DNA of 64,000 nt, from assembly GCA_964480705.1 (NCBI GenBank), contig CAYZPC010000002.1, forward strand, positions 22,254 to 86,253, given 5' to 3'. Below are positions 18,895 through 27,890 of the stretch, piece after piece (the first letter of the stretch is position 1; each line of letters starts with the position of its first letter). Made by a program: the position numbers and the translations under genes. The notes under the pieces were generated by a model. The model searched no databases, had not been told where the DNA came from, and was given only the letters and a program-made list of their open reading frames with translations. Source of the stretch: an uncultured archaeon (GTDB lineage: Archaea > Iainarchaeota > Iainarchaeia > Iainarchaeales > VGJJ01).

Positions 18895-19718
18895 GCGGCA
18901 TGACCTCCTTCCGTTTTGGTTGTTTCAGTGGTTGATTTTTCATCTGCTTTTTTAGCGTGCTTTTCTTTCTTCGCCGCTTTTTTGGTTTCTGTTTTTACTT
19001 CGGTCTTTTCAGCCGCTGTTTCTTCGGCTTTGGCTTCGGTAATCACTGCTGAAACCGCTTCTGTTTTCACTACGGCTGCATCGGTTGCGCTGGCAACAGG
19101 TGTAGGGTTTTTGCGCTCGCGCAAAACTTGTTTAACATCCACTTTGTCCGGGAAGAAAACGCCCGGTCGAATAATGCGAACCGTCACACCAATCGCACCC
19201 ACTTTAGGGTACGTTGTAACCTTGGCTTCGTCAACCAATTTAGTTTGGTCTCCGACTTTCTTCATGTATCCTTTGATGAAGCGCACTTGTTTCTTTCGTC
19301 CGCCTTTTCCAGCGAGCTTTCCGGAGAGAATGACTTCCATTCCTTGTGCGCCCGCGCGTTCAATGTCTTGAACCGTGCGGAATGCCACGCTTCTCCAGGC
19401 GAATCCGCGTTCAATCATGTTCTTCATTTTGTCGCAAACCGATTTGGCGTCCAAGTCAGGTGTAGTAATTTCTTTAATCTCGAGTTGGGGGTTGTCCACT
19501 CCATACACTTTGGAAATGGTTTCCGTGAGTGTGCGAATGTTTTGTCCGCCTTTTCCGATGGCTAATCCAGGTCGTGAAACGTTGACAATGATTCGTGTTA
19601 CAAGAGGTGTTTTCACCATGTCGAATCCAGTGAATCCGGCTCGGCCGAGTTCCTTTTTCAAGTACTGGTGCAATTGGACTTTTTTGAGTCCTTGTTTGAC
19701 GAACATTTTTTCAATCAT
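18891..19718 (-). CDS. rps3: 30S ribosomal protein uS3 with Ala/Lys/Glu/Thr C-terminal tail
   Basis: KTPL.TRI, RPG..IGKGG (KH domain), AGAQG.EV.LSGK, GYMKK.G. Confidence 0.98.
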   Translation of the reverse strand: MIEKMFVKQGLKKVQLHQYLKKELGRAGFTGFDMVKTPLVTRIIVNVSRPGLAIGKGGQNIRTLTETISKVYGVDNPQLEIKEITTPDLDAKSVCDKMKNMIERGFAWRSVAFRTVQDIERAGAQGMEVILSGKLAGKGGRKKQVRFIKGYMKKVGDQTKLVDEAKVTTYPKVGAIGVTVRIIRPGVFFPDKVDVKQVLRERKNPTPVASATDAAVVKTEAVSAVITEAKAEETAAEKTEVKTETKKAAKKEKHAKKADEKSTTETTKTEGGHAA

Positions 19719-20192
19719 TTATCGCACCTCTCGGACAATAATTTCAATGTGCGTGCTCTTGGCTTTGCGCGCTTTTCCATTAATTCTTCCTTGCGCCTGG
19801 TTTCGGATGCGCTGGAATCCGACTGATGCGGTCGCGTGCACAATTTGCAATTTTTTAACATCCAATCCTTTTACATCCGCGTTAGCTCGAACGGAGTTCA
19901 ACAAGTTCAACCACACTTTACATGTGCGCTGAGGATATCGTCCTGCTTTCGTTCCTAATGTGGCTTGTCCTTTTCGGTGGGGGACTTTCTTGTGATATGT
20001 TCGCAAGGGCAAATATGTTTTTTGCTCGGCCACATCGTTCAAGAATTTCTCGCTCGCGTCCAACATTTTTCCTTTGAGGATGCGGGAGATTTCTAAACTA
20101 TATTTCACACTCGCCGGCTGGTTAGTCGAAATGGCTCGGGCCATGTGTTCAGCATCGAACGTTCCAACATAGTTGTAGTTTGTTTTGACCAT
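19719..20192 (-). CDS. rpl22: 50S ribosomal protein uL22
   Basis: VPHRKG, GRYP, NAD.KGLD, RNQAQGR, HIEI; alternative GTG start at 20201. Confidence 0.96.
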   Translation of the reverse strand: MVKTNYNYVGTFDAEHMARAISTNQPASVKYSLEISRILKGKMLDASEKFLNDVAEQKTYLPLRTYHKKVPHRKGQATLGTKAGRYPQRTCKVWLNLLNSVRANADVKGLDVKKLQIVHATASVGFQRIRNQAQGRINGKARKAKSTHIEIIVREVR

Positions 20193-20205
20193 CGTATTCA
20201 CGTCC

Positions 20206-20613
20206 TTACTTCGCTGTCACCGCAGACGAACTCTTTGTACTTCCAATTCCAGCTTTTCCGTGTTTGACTTGCTTTCGTGTCAAAACGTATTCTCCTAGAA
20301 CGTGTCCCAGCATCTCGGGCTGGATTTCCACGGGTTCGAATGAATTTCCTTTGTACACGGCCATCTTCAATCCCACCATTTGGGGGATGATGACGAAGTC
20401 TCGCGAGTGCGTCTTGATTGCCTTCGTGTTGGGGGGCAATTTGGCACCTTTGTATTGGGCGAATGCTTCCTGAACTTTTTCGAGCGTAGGCTTGTCGAGT
20501 CCGCGCACAATGCTTCGGCGGGCGCGCGAGTTTGTCAATTTGGCAAAATCGGCCAGCGTAAGCTGTTGCAATTCGTTGAGCGTCTTTCCCATGTAGGTAA
20601 ATTCTTTCGCCAT
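20206..20613 (-). CDS. rps19: 30S ribosomal protein uS19
   Basis: KEFTY.GK, RARRS, IKTHSRD, PEMLGH.LGE, V.HG..GIG. Confidence 0.97.
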   Translation of the reverse strand: MAKEFTYMGKTLNELQQLTLADFAKLTNSRARRSIVRGLDKPTLEKVQEAFAQYKGAKLPPNTKAIKTHSRDFVIIPQMVGLKMAVYKGNSFEPVEIQPEMLGHVLGEYVLTRKQVKHGKAGIGSTKSSSAVTAK

Positions 20614-20628
20614 ACGTTTTCGTCTCCG

Positions 20629-21354
20629 CTAGTTCTTCTTTCTCCGTCCAGTTCTCGATGAAGCAATCGCTCCAACCTTTCGTCCAGCCGGTGCTCCGCG
20701 AGCCGTTGACTTGGACTTTCCGGGATGGTGCTGTGATCCACCAAACGGATGAGAGTTGGGGTTCATGGCAACACCGCGCACAATGGAGTGTCTCTTCTTG
20801 CGCGCTTTCATCGCGTGGTGTTTCTTTCCAGCTTTAATGAAAGGCTTTTCGACGCGTGCGCCGCAGGAAACGCTTCCAATTGTGGCGCGTGCATCCGGGT
20901 GAACACGAATGGTTTTCGTGCTGGGAAGTTTGATGAGAACGTTGTTGGCTTCTTTCGTGACAACAAGTCCAAACACTCCGCTTCCGCGAACGAGTTTTCC
21001 ACCATCACCGGGTCGAACTTCCACGTTGAAAACGGGTGCTCCTTCCGGGATGTATTTTACAGGTAAAATGTTTCCGATTTTGACTTCGGCTGTTTTTCCC
21101 ATTTCAATGGTTTGTCCAACAGCTAATCCTTCCGCGGCAACATTGTATGTTTTGCGGTTGTCTTCGAGTTGAATGTGCGCAAGCACGGCTGTCTTCGTGG
21201 GGTCGTCCACAATGTCAATGACTTGTCCTAATACTTTTCCTTCGCGCTGAATAGGAGAGTAGGGCACGTAATGCAAATCCACGACTCCATTTTGACTCGC
21301 TTGAAAGCGGTTGGAGCCTTTTCCTCGGCGCTGGTGAATGAGTCGCTTACCCAT
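20629..21354 (-). CDS. rpl2: 50S ribosomal protein uL2
   Basis: MGKRL..QRRGKG, PGDGGKLVR, VRGVAMN..HPFGG, GRKVG.IA. Confidence 0.98.
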   Translation of the reverse strand: MGKRLIHQRRGKGSNRFQASQNGVVDLHYVPYSPIQREGKVLGQVIDIVDDPTKTAVLAHIQLEDNRKTYNVAAEGLAVGQTIEMGKTAEVKIGNILPVKYIPEGAPVFNVEVRPGDGGKLVRGSGVFGLVVTKEANNVLIKLPSTKTIRVHPDARATIGSVSCGARVEKPFIKAGKKHHAMKARKKRHSIVRGVAMNPNSHPFGGSQHHPGKSKSTARGAPAGRKVGAIASSRTGRRKKN

Positions 21355-21355
21355 A

Positions 21356-21757
21356 TTAGATCACTCCCAATTTCGCCGCGAGTTCTTCGGCTTTGAATTT
21401 CTTATTGAGTTTAACAGTAACTTTCTTTCGTCCTTTCATGTCATTCACGACATTCACTTTGTCCACTTTAACGTGGTAGACTTTTTCCACGAGTTTTTTG
21501 ATGTCCGTTTTCGTGGCTTTTTCAGTTGCAATAAAGGAGAGTTTGTTTTCTTTTTCGATGGCGGTAATAGCTTTTTCCGTCATGAGAGGATATTGAATTA
21601 ATCCAAAGTCAGCTAATTCCATGGCAAATCCTTTCGTGGATTTAGCAGGGGCTTTCTCTTCTTTCTTCGCGGTTGCTTTTTCGTCCGCGACTTTGGTCTT
21701 AGCCTTTTCTTCTAATTTCGCTTCTTGCGCGTTGGCAGCGAATGCTTTTTCAGCCAT
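21356..21757 (-). CDS. rpl23: 50S ribosomal protein uL23 with N-terminal extension
   Basis: YPLMTEKA...IEKENKL.F, ATK.DIK..VE, KVN, A.KLGVI. Confidence 0.96.
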   Translation of the reverse strand: MAEKAFAANAQEAKLEEKAKTKVADEKATAKKEEKAPAKSTKGFAMELADFGLIQYPLMTEKAITAIEKENKLSFIATEKATKTDIKKLVEKVYHVKVDKVNVVNDMKGRKKVTVKLNKKFKAEELAAKLGVI

Positions 21758-22563
21758 TATTGACCACCCTTCTTCGCGAGTGCGTGCACTGCTGATTCGG
21801 TCCAGATGGTTAAGCGTCCGGCCAATGCACCGGGAGCTAAGTGTTCGGCGTTCAAGCTTTGAACTTGCACCACTTCAACACCCGGCAAGTTTCGTCCGGC
21901 TTTGTAAACGGGCTTTGTTCCGTCGGTGACAATCAATAATGATTTTTTCATTCGGAATCGCATTCCGCGGTTTTTGTTTTTTCCCGCGCGCGTGCGTTTA
22001 CTGTCTTTGGCTTTTTCCACATCTTTCACAACGTGCAAAGCAGTTAATGCTTTGACAATATCTTTTGTCTTCGCTGTGTTTTCAAACGTGGCGTCCACAA
22101 TCAAAGGGAAGACTTTGTCATCAAATGTGTGTCCGCGTGCTTTGACAATTTTGGCGTTCACGGATGCAGCAATCGCAGAGGCAATGGCTTTCTTTCGTTC
22201 TTTCACATTGATGCGTTCTTCGGTAACCGTTTCAACTTTCGGACCGTGCGCGCGAGGTCCGCCTACGGCTTGAGGGACGGAAGCAACTTTTCCGTATAAG
22301 ATTCCGCGCTTGTTTCGCAAACGGGGCAAGCGGGCGTGTCCAACGTTAATTGTTTTGTGCATCGTGGGCTTTCCGCGGACACCGATGTATTCCGCAGTGT
22401 TCATGCGTCCGGCACCGCGTTTGTGTCCAAAAGGTTGGACGCGCGTGGATTGCACGGCAAGCACGGCTCGCTTGATGAGTGTAGGATCATAATGCGTAGT
22501 GAAAATGGTCGGGAGTTGAATGTCTTTGACTTTGACACCATCTCGAGAGAAAACGGCAGGCAT
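21757..22563 (-). CDS. rpl4: 50S ribosomal protein uL4
   Basis: LIKRAV, ARLPR, VGGPRAHGPK, RAGK, NLPGV, LAPG..GRLTIWTE; start 22563 coupled to the uL3 stop. Confidence 0.97.
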   Translation of the reverse strand: MPAVFSRDGVKVKDIQLPTIFTTHYDPTLIKRAVLAVQSTRVQPFGHKRGAGRMNTAEYIGVRGKPTMHKTINVGHARLPRLRNKRGILYGKVASVPQAVGGPRAHGPKVETVTEERINVKERKKAIASAIAASVNAKIVKARGHTFDDKVFPLIVDATFENTAKTKDIVKALTALHVVKDVEKAKDSKRTRAGKNKNRGMRFRMKKSLLIVTDGTKPVYKAGRNLPGVEVVQVQSLNAEHLAPGALAGRLTIWTESAVHALAKKGGQ

Positions 22564-23600
22564 TACAATGCACCTCCCGTCGTTGAAACATATTTCACGG
22601 GACCAATCTTGTAGTGGTTTGAAGGGTCGGGTCGAATACATTCGCGCATTCCCACGAGTCGCTTTACTGGACCCGGAATGCTTCCCACGAGGAGAATGAA
22701 TTCGTTGTTGACGTTTCCATAATGTTCGAATCCTGATTTAGGATTGAGTTTGGTGGCGTCGTTGCTAATCTTGAGAATGTGTTTGTTGAATTCGGTTCGA
22801 TTGTGATATCCTAATTGTCCGGGTCGTGCAACCGAGAACTGAACCGTTCGCGGGTTGAGCGGGGAAATACTTCCAACCGTTCGGATGTATTTTGCTTTAG
22901 GTCGGAATGTCTTAATTCCAAATCGTGCAATCACACCACCCATTCCAAATCCGCGCGTCACGGCTTTGACATCAATGGATTGGCTGTCTTTGAAAACTTC
23001 AGACACTGCAATGGTTTGTCCGAATTTTTGTTTGGCAAATGCGAGTTGTTCTTCAACCGTTCCGGATAATGCGACTTCTGCAATCTCGGCTTTTTTGGAA
23101 CCGAAAGAGGTTTTTTCCGGGTGCGTGTGTACGAGCAAGCGGATTTGGTCAATCTTTCCTTTCATTTCTTCTAATTTTTCAAATGTCAATGCGTGCTTGT
23201 CAACTTTAGAATGAGAAGCGTTCTTCTTGTGAGTAGATTTTGTTTTGAAATTTTTTAATTTTTTGAGAACAGGCTTTTCGAGTTTGTCTACGCTCAATTC
23301 ACCCATCACGTGCAAACCATATGCGTCGTGATTGTATGCGCGCACACCAAATACTTGTACAGGGGGGCATTCGATAACGGTGGTGGGGATTTGCATATCT
23401 TGCTTATCCATTTTTCCGCCGGCGTGCAACGATTGGGCGACTAAGTGGACCATTCCCACTTTGTATCCAAAAAAATTCAAGGGTTTCGAGGGGCCTTTCA
23501 GTTCGGGGAATGAGTTGAAGGAAGGCGTCTGCTTGTAAGCTCGCTTCCGGGGTCTGTGCATCAGACTTCCCTTACGGGGATTGTGTCGCGCGCGAACCAT
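22563..23600 (-). CDS. rpl3: 50S ribosomal protein uL3
   Basis: PRKGSL..PRKRA, GYKVGM, TVIECPP, GQLGYHNRTE, GSIPGP.KR; start ATG 23600 with GAGG SD. Confidence 0.97.
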   Translation of the reverse strand: MVRARHNPRKGSLMHRPRKRAYKQTPSFNSFPELKGPSKPLNFFGYKVGMVHLVAQSLHAGGKMDKQDMQIPTTVIECPPVQVFGVRAYNHDAYGLHVMGELSVDKLEKPVLKKLKNFKTKSTHKKNASHSKVDKHALTFEKLEEMKGKIDQIRLLVHTHPEKTSFGSKKAEIAEVALSGTVEEQLAFAKQKFGQTIAVSEVFKDSQSIDVKAVTRGFGMGGVIARFGIKTFRPKAKYIRTVGSISPLNPRTVQFSVARPGQLGYHNRTEFNKHILKISNDATKLNPKSGFEHYGNVNNEFILLVGSIPGPVKRLVGMRECIRPDPSNHYKIGPVKYVSTTGGAL

Positions 23601-23676
23601 GTTTTTTTCCTCGTGTGTTTGGCTTAAACGAGGCAAAAATGCGTCAGAAAAAGGGTATTTTTCTTCAGCAGTTACC

Positions 23677-23707
23677 GAACCTTTTTGAGAAAAAGGCTCA
23701 TTGAAAA
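23677..23707 (+). repeat. short palindromic element, copy E (opposite orientation, inside uL3 leader)
   Basis: GAACCTTTTT-GAG-AAAAAGGCTC-ATTGAAAA. Confidence 0.5.
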
Positions 23708-23765
23708 TGAACCTCTTCCAATCCGGCAGTTTGCCTCTATTCTAATCAAAATCCCTTGGGAAAGC

Positions 23766-23773
23766 TATATAAA
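23766..23773 (-). promoter_or_regulatory. TATA box of the r-protein superoperon (candidate)
   Basis: TTTATATA on the minus strand, about 165 nt upstream of the uL3 ATG. Confidence 0.6.
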
Positions 23774-23833
23774 CAAACCGCCCGCGCGGCCGTTCATAAA
23801 ACACCCCCAATGGTCAATTTACCTTATTTTACT

Positions 23834-25807
23834 CTATTTTTGGCTTTTGGGGAGCCAAATTTCATCCATTTCATCAATGGGTGACTTTTCAGACCCCCTC
23901 ATTATGTAGTTTTCAGGGGCGTCATTAGATGCGTGTTGGGAAACGTACCAGAGGCCGATAACAGCCAATAACACGAGGATGCCCAACCAAAATCCCCCGC
24001 CCTGAACAACAAATCCAGTAATGGCGTTGGCAGCTGCAACAATCGGAATCTCATTCGTGGGTGCCGCACTCCCTTGGGAGGAAGGTGCAACGTTTTCCAA
24101 TTGAATCGTGTGCGTGTTGGTGTAACCGGCACTGATTACCTGCACGATTGCAATGCTTTTTCCCGCAAACATTTCAGCAGGAATGTACACGAGTGGCGTG
24201 TCTAATCCCGTGAGTTGAATTGTTTTTGAAAATGTTTGCGTTCCCGGTTTTGCAATCACATTCAGTGTGACTTCCTGCGTGAATGTGGATTTATTTTCTA
24301 ATTGCAATGCGAATTCGCGCGCACCATACAAGTTGAGCAGTGCGGGCGCGTTCACCAATTGCACCGGCGCATCATCCAATCCTGAAAACAACACGACACT
24401 TGTTTGGTCGGGTACCGTGCATCCTTGCAAATTTGTTTTGATAGTAATAATTTGTTCCGCATTGGTGTTTGAAACAAAAAGTGTTTGCAATTTCACCGTG
24501 TCGGCGGGAATAATTATTTTGGATGGAGAAATAGTTCCGCTCGTGCTTGAAATATACAGTGTTGCATCATATGCGAGAGGGTTGTTGAACAGCACATCAA
24601 TGCTTTTTTCTCCGCGCAGCACCGTAATGGGTTTCAATCCCGCATAAAATGAATTGCAGGATGCATTTTCCGTTCCAATGAAGCGGTATTCAAATCGTTT
24701 GGCATTCACGAGGCAGCTTCCTCCGTCCGTGAAGTGTCCTTTTACCGTGAGGAATGCATTTGCATCGAATGTTCCTGCATTGGAATATCCAATCGCGTCA
24801 AATGCAATTTCTTCCGAGGATTGTGATTCAACTTTCACAGGATTTGAAACCGGCTCGAATGCTACTTGGTAATTCTTATCTGCAAACGTGTATTCGTCCA
24901 CGTAAAAATGCTGGTCGGCATTATTGATGAGTGAGAACGTGTGTGAAGTTGTTTCGCCGGCACGCACGGAGACAAATGGAATGTTCACATTCAATTCAGT
25001 GCACACACCTGTTTGCACACCCGTGTCTTCTACCGTCACATCAAATGTTTCAGAGATGTCAGAGAATGAACAATCATATCCATTTTCAAATTCTCCGCGA
25101 ATTTCTACAAACACAGGATTTGTTTCATCGTCCGACACGCCTCGCGCGTCAATTTCAATCGTGTATGAATTCGTTCGGTTATTTTGAAGATTTTTTTCAA
25201 AATCAGAATCGGAAAAAGGAGGTTCCGCAGCGGCAGTGAATGAATCGCCGTCATCAAATACATCAAATCCTTGCAGAGTAAAATCATTGGAGGAATTGTT
25301 TGTCACGCGAACCGTGTGCAAAATAGTATCGTTTTCATTCAACGTCACATCATCGGCTTCAATTTGAATGAGTGAGCAAACATCGTCGCCGTCTTGAATA
25401 GTTACGTTCACCGTGAATGTTAAATCGGAAAATTCACAATCATCATTGTCTTCAAATTCTCCGCGGAGTTGAATGCGAAACGTTTCTTGTCGGTCGCCGT
25501 TTACATCGACGGTGTCGTAGCGCAGACGCAAGTCTTCGGATTCATCTTCGTTGATTTGATCCGGAAAATCATCCACGCTGATATCCAAAAAGGGACTTGA
25601 CTCTTGGACGCGCACGTCGTCTAATTCAAAGTCATCATTTCCATTGTTTTCAATGTCAAATGTAATCAAGCGGTTGTCGCGGTCTTCTGCAAACGTAACC
25701 GAAAGAGGAGAAATATCAATATCATTACACGAACTCGCAGCATAGCTCAATGAGAGCATACTGCCGAACATCAGGAGCAAAATTCCAAAGCGAAGGGCGT
25801 GAAGCAT
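23834..25807 (-). CDS. secreted acidic multi-domain surface (S-layer/Ig-like) protein with C-terminal TM anchor
   Basis: Signal peptide; three related Cys-bracketed beta-rich repeats (LRGEFEDNDDCEFSD / IRGEFENGYDCSFSD / VKGHFTDGGSC); many N-x-S/T sequons; ITGF then a TM helix; start 25807 preferred (TATA 24 nt upstream), alternative 25831. Confidence 0.8.
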   Translation of the reverse strand: MLHALRFGILLLMFGSMLSLSYAASSCNDIDISPLSVTFAEDRDNRLITFDIENNGNDDFELDDVRVQESSPFLDISVDDFPDQINEDESEDLRLRYDTVDVNGDRQETFRIQLRGEFEDNDDCEFSDLTFTVNVTIQDGDDVCSLIQIEADDVTLNENDTILHTVRVTNNSSNDFTLQGFDVFDDGDSFTAAAEPPFSDSDFEKNLQNNRTNSYTIEIDARGVSDDETNPVFVEIRGEFENGYDCSFSDISETFDVTVEDTGVQTGVCTELNVNIPFVSVRAGETTSHTFSLINNADQHFYVDEYTFADKNYQVAFEPVSNPVKVESQSSEEIAFDAIGYSNAGTFDANAFLTVKGHFTDGGSCLVNAKRFEYRFIGTENASCNSFYAGLKPITVLRGEKSIDVLFNNPLAYDATLYISSTSGTISPSKIIIPADTVKLQTLFVSNTNAEQIITIKTNLQGCTVPDQTSVVLFSGLDDAPVQLVNAPALLNLYGAREFALQLENKSTFTQEVTLNVIAKPGTQTFSKTIQLTGLDTPLVYIPAEMFAGKSIAIVQVISAGYTNTHTIQLENVAPSSQGSAAPTNEIPIVAAANAITGFVVQGGGFWLGILVLLAVIGLWYVSQHASNDAPENYIMRGSEKSPIDEMDEIWLPKSQK

Positions 25808-25917
25808 GTATATAATATCACCCAGAACCATTAAATAAGAATACTTTTCCCGTGAATGAGTGAAGAATTAAACGAGGGAATAACGGCCATTAACGAAGTG
25901 TTTGAACGAACCCGCCC

Positions 25918-27801
25918 TTACTGCGGATGACCATCTTCTTCCATCATTTGCTTCAACCGACGCAAAATCTCTTGTTTTTCGTCATTTGTCGGTGTTTTGG
26001 AAGTTTGTGGGGCGGTGGTTAGTGCTCCTTCCAATTGGGAGGATTGTCGCTGAAGGGTGTTTTTGAGCTCGCTGGGGATTCCCACATCATTGTCTTTTTC
26101 TTCTTGGGCTTTACGGTGTTCTTTTTCTTTCTGGGATAAATAGTCCAAATCCGAGGCAGATAGTCCTTCCACATCCTCGAAGGGCAAACTCTCCAGCGCT
26201 TCTTCTTCACTAATTTCCTGCTCCATCGCCGATTCCATTCCACTTGAATGCGCGGGCGCCGAGGGGGCGGTGTAGGCATCAGCGTCTTCGACTTTCAATT
26301 CTTCATCAATAGACGCGCGTATTTTTTTCTCAGGTAAAACAGGTCGAGCCGCAGTATCTATGGTTGCAATTGAATTTTCGCGCGAGTGAGATGAATCATC
26401 AGTTGAGTGTGTTCCAAATGGTTGTTTCCACGGCATGGCATCACTCACGGAAGATGAAGGCGATTGTGCTTGGGGAGTGGTGCGTGCCACCCAGGGCGGA
26501 ACATAGGGTGCTGATTTCGCAGCAGGAGATGGTGCGGACACTCGTGTAGGAATGGTTGCGGGTGAGGGAGTTGAAATGATTGGATTTTTTTCTGCAGTTG
26601 GCAATGGTGTGTTTACGCGCGGCGCGGGAGTAAATTCTTTTTTGGTTTCGATTGGCTCGCGCGCAGTATTCATGGGCAACGGAGCAGTAGGGTAAATGGA
26701 TTTTTTTTCGTGAATGACCGCAGGCACGGGCTGAGTAAGCGCAGGCACATTTGTTTTTTCGCGTGCGATAGTTGCAATGTCAACTCGCGCAATGGAGGGA
26801 GGTGTTTGAGTAGTTTTCACGGGCGAAATGTCAGATGTTTTTTCACTTAATGGAGAAACGGTGCTCGCGGCTCGTGGAATAGGTGCGATGGGAGCAATGG
26901 GTTCTATGCTCGCGCGCGCGTTGGCAACAGCAGGGTTGCGTGCAGCCGCGGCATAAGGTGATGGAGCAGTTGATTTAATCGGGCTGGGCGAGACAGCAGG
27001 TGCAGTGGGAGGAGTTTGTTTTTCTCCAAATATTTTTTTCCAAAAAGATTGTTTGGGTGCAGATGATTTTGCTGCGAGCGTTGGCGTAGGAGATGGTTGC
27101 GCAGGCAGTCGTTGTGCGGGCGCAGGTGTTTGAGTGAGCATGCGTGCGGTTGGAATCGTTCGTTCTCCTGGAGGTAGAATGGGAGTCACGCGCGGCGCAG
27201 GGGAAGATGGGGGTGCGGCCTGTCGTGGAGAGGAAATGGGTGGAGCGAGTGGTTTGTTGGATGGAAGGGGTGTTGATGAAACGGGCGGCGCGCGCGGGGG
27301 AGCAGCGGCTTGTGCAGCAGTGGGAGATGGTTTGGGCAGGGTGGCAAGTCCGCGCTGAATGTAGGGCGGGTAAGGCATGTTGGAATAATAGTGTGGAACG
27401 CGCGGCGCGGGAGGCGCAGGTGATGAAGTTGTTGGTGTGGATGCGGGAGTGCGATTGGGTGCTTGTGGCAAGGACGGTGAAGCAAATGCTGATTTGGATG
27501 TTGTCGGATATACATTTTTGAGCGGCGCAGTGGGCGAGGGGCGAGAAGTGGTTGCGAGGTGAGTGTCCATTATTTCATCCAGTTGCTGCCGCATCGCTGC
27601 CTGTGCTTGCGTGCTGGCAACGGTAGGTTGAGTGCTTTGTAATGGAACTTTTTCTACGCGCGGTTTTCCAAACACGGCTAGAGAAATTTTTTTAGCAAAT
27701 CCTGGAGTGAAATCGTTTCGGGGCAATTCGCCGAGGCGTTGTTTCTCTCTTCTTTTTTGGAGAAACTCATTGATTTCATCCACTTCTTCTTGGGCGGGCA
27801 T
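25918..27801 (-). CDS. Pro/Ala/Ser/Thr-rich intrinsically disordered protein
   Basis: 627-aa ORF; low-complexity core, helical termini, acidic C-terminal region. Confidence 0.75.
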   Translation of the reverse strand: MPAQEEVDEINEFLQKRREKQRLGELPRNDFTPGFAKKISLAVFGKPRVEKVPLQSTQPTVASTQAQAAMRQQLDEIMDTHLATTSRPSPTAPLKNVYPTTSKSAFASPSLPQAPNRTPASTPTTSSPAPPAPRVPHYYSNMPYPPYIQRGLATLPKPSPTAAQAAAPPRAPPVSSTPLPSNKPLAPPISSPRQAAPPSSPAPRVTPILPPGERTIPTARMLTQTPAPAQRLPAQPSPTPTLAAKSSAPKQSFWKKIFGEKQTPPTAPAVSPSPIKSTAPSPYAAAARNPAVANARASIEPIAPIAPIPRAASTVSPLSEKTSDISPVKTTQTPPSIARVDIATIAREKTNVPALTQPVPAVIHEKKSIYPTAPLPMNTAREPIETKKEFTPAPRVNTPLPTAEKNPIISTPSPATIPTRVSAPSPAAKSAPYVPPWVARTTPQAQSPSSSVSDAMPWKQPFGTHSTDDSSHSRENSIATIDTAARPVLPEKKIRASIDEELKVEDADAYTAPSAPAHSSGMESAMEQEISEEEALESLPFEDVEGLSASDLDYLSQKEKEHRKAQEEKDNDVGIPSELKNTLQRQSSQLEGALTTAPQTSKTPTNDEKQEILRRLKQMMEEDGHPQ

Positions 27802-27848
27802 GCGCCAAAAGACCGAGTTTGAGAATAAAAAAGAACTGTTTAAACGTG

Positions 27849-27883
27849 AAAAAAAGTGTAGGAAAAAGGTTTCCCTTTTTCCT
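27849..27883 (-). terminator. hairpin (10-bp stem, GAAA loop) plus U-tract
   Basis: AGGAAAAAGG-GAAA-CCTTTTTCCT then T7 on the minus strand, just after the stop at 27891. Confidence 0.6.
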
Positions 27884-27890
27884 TAGGTAT

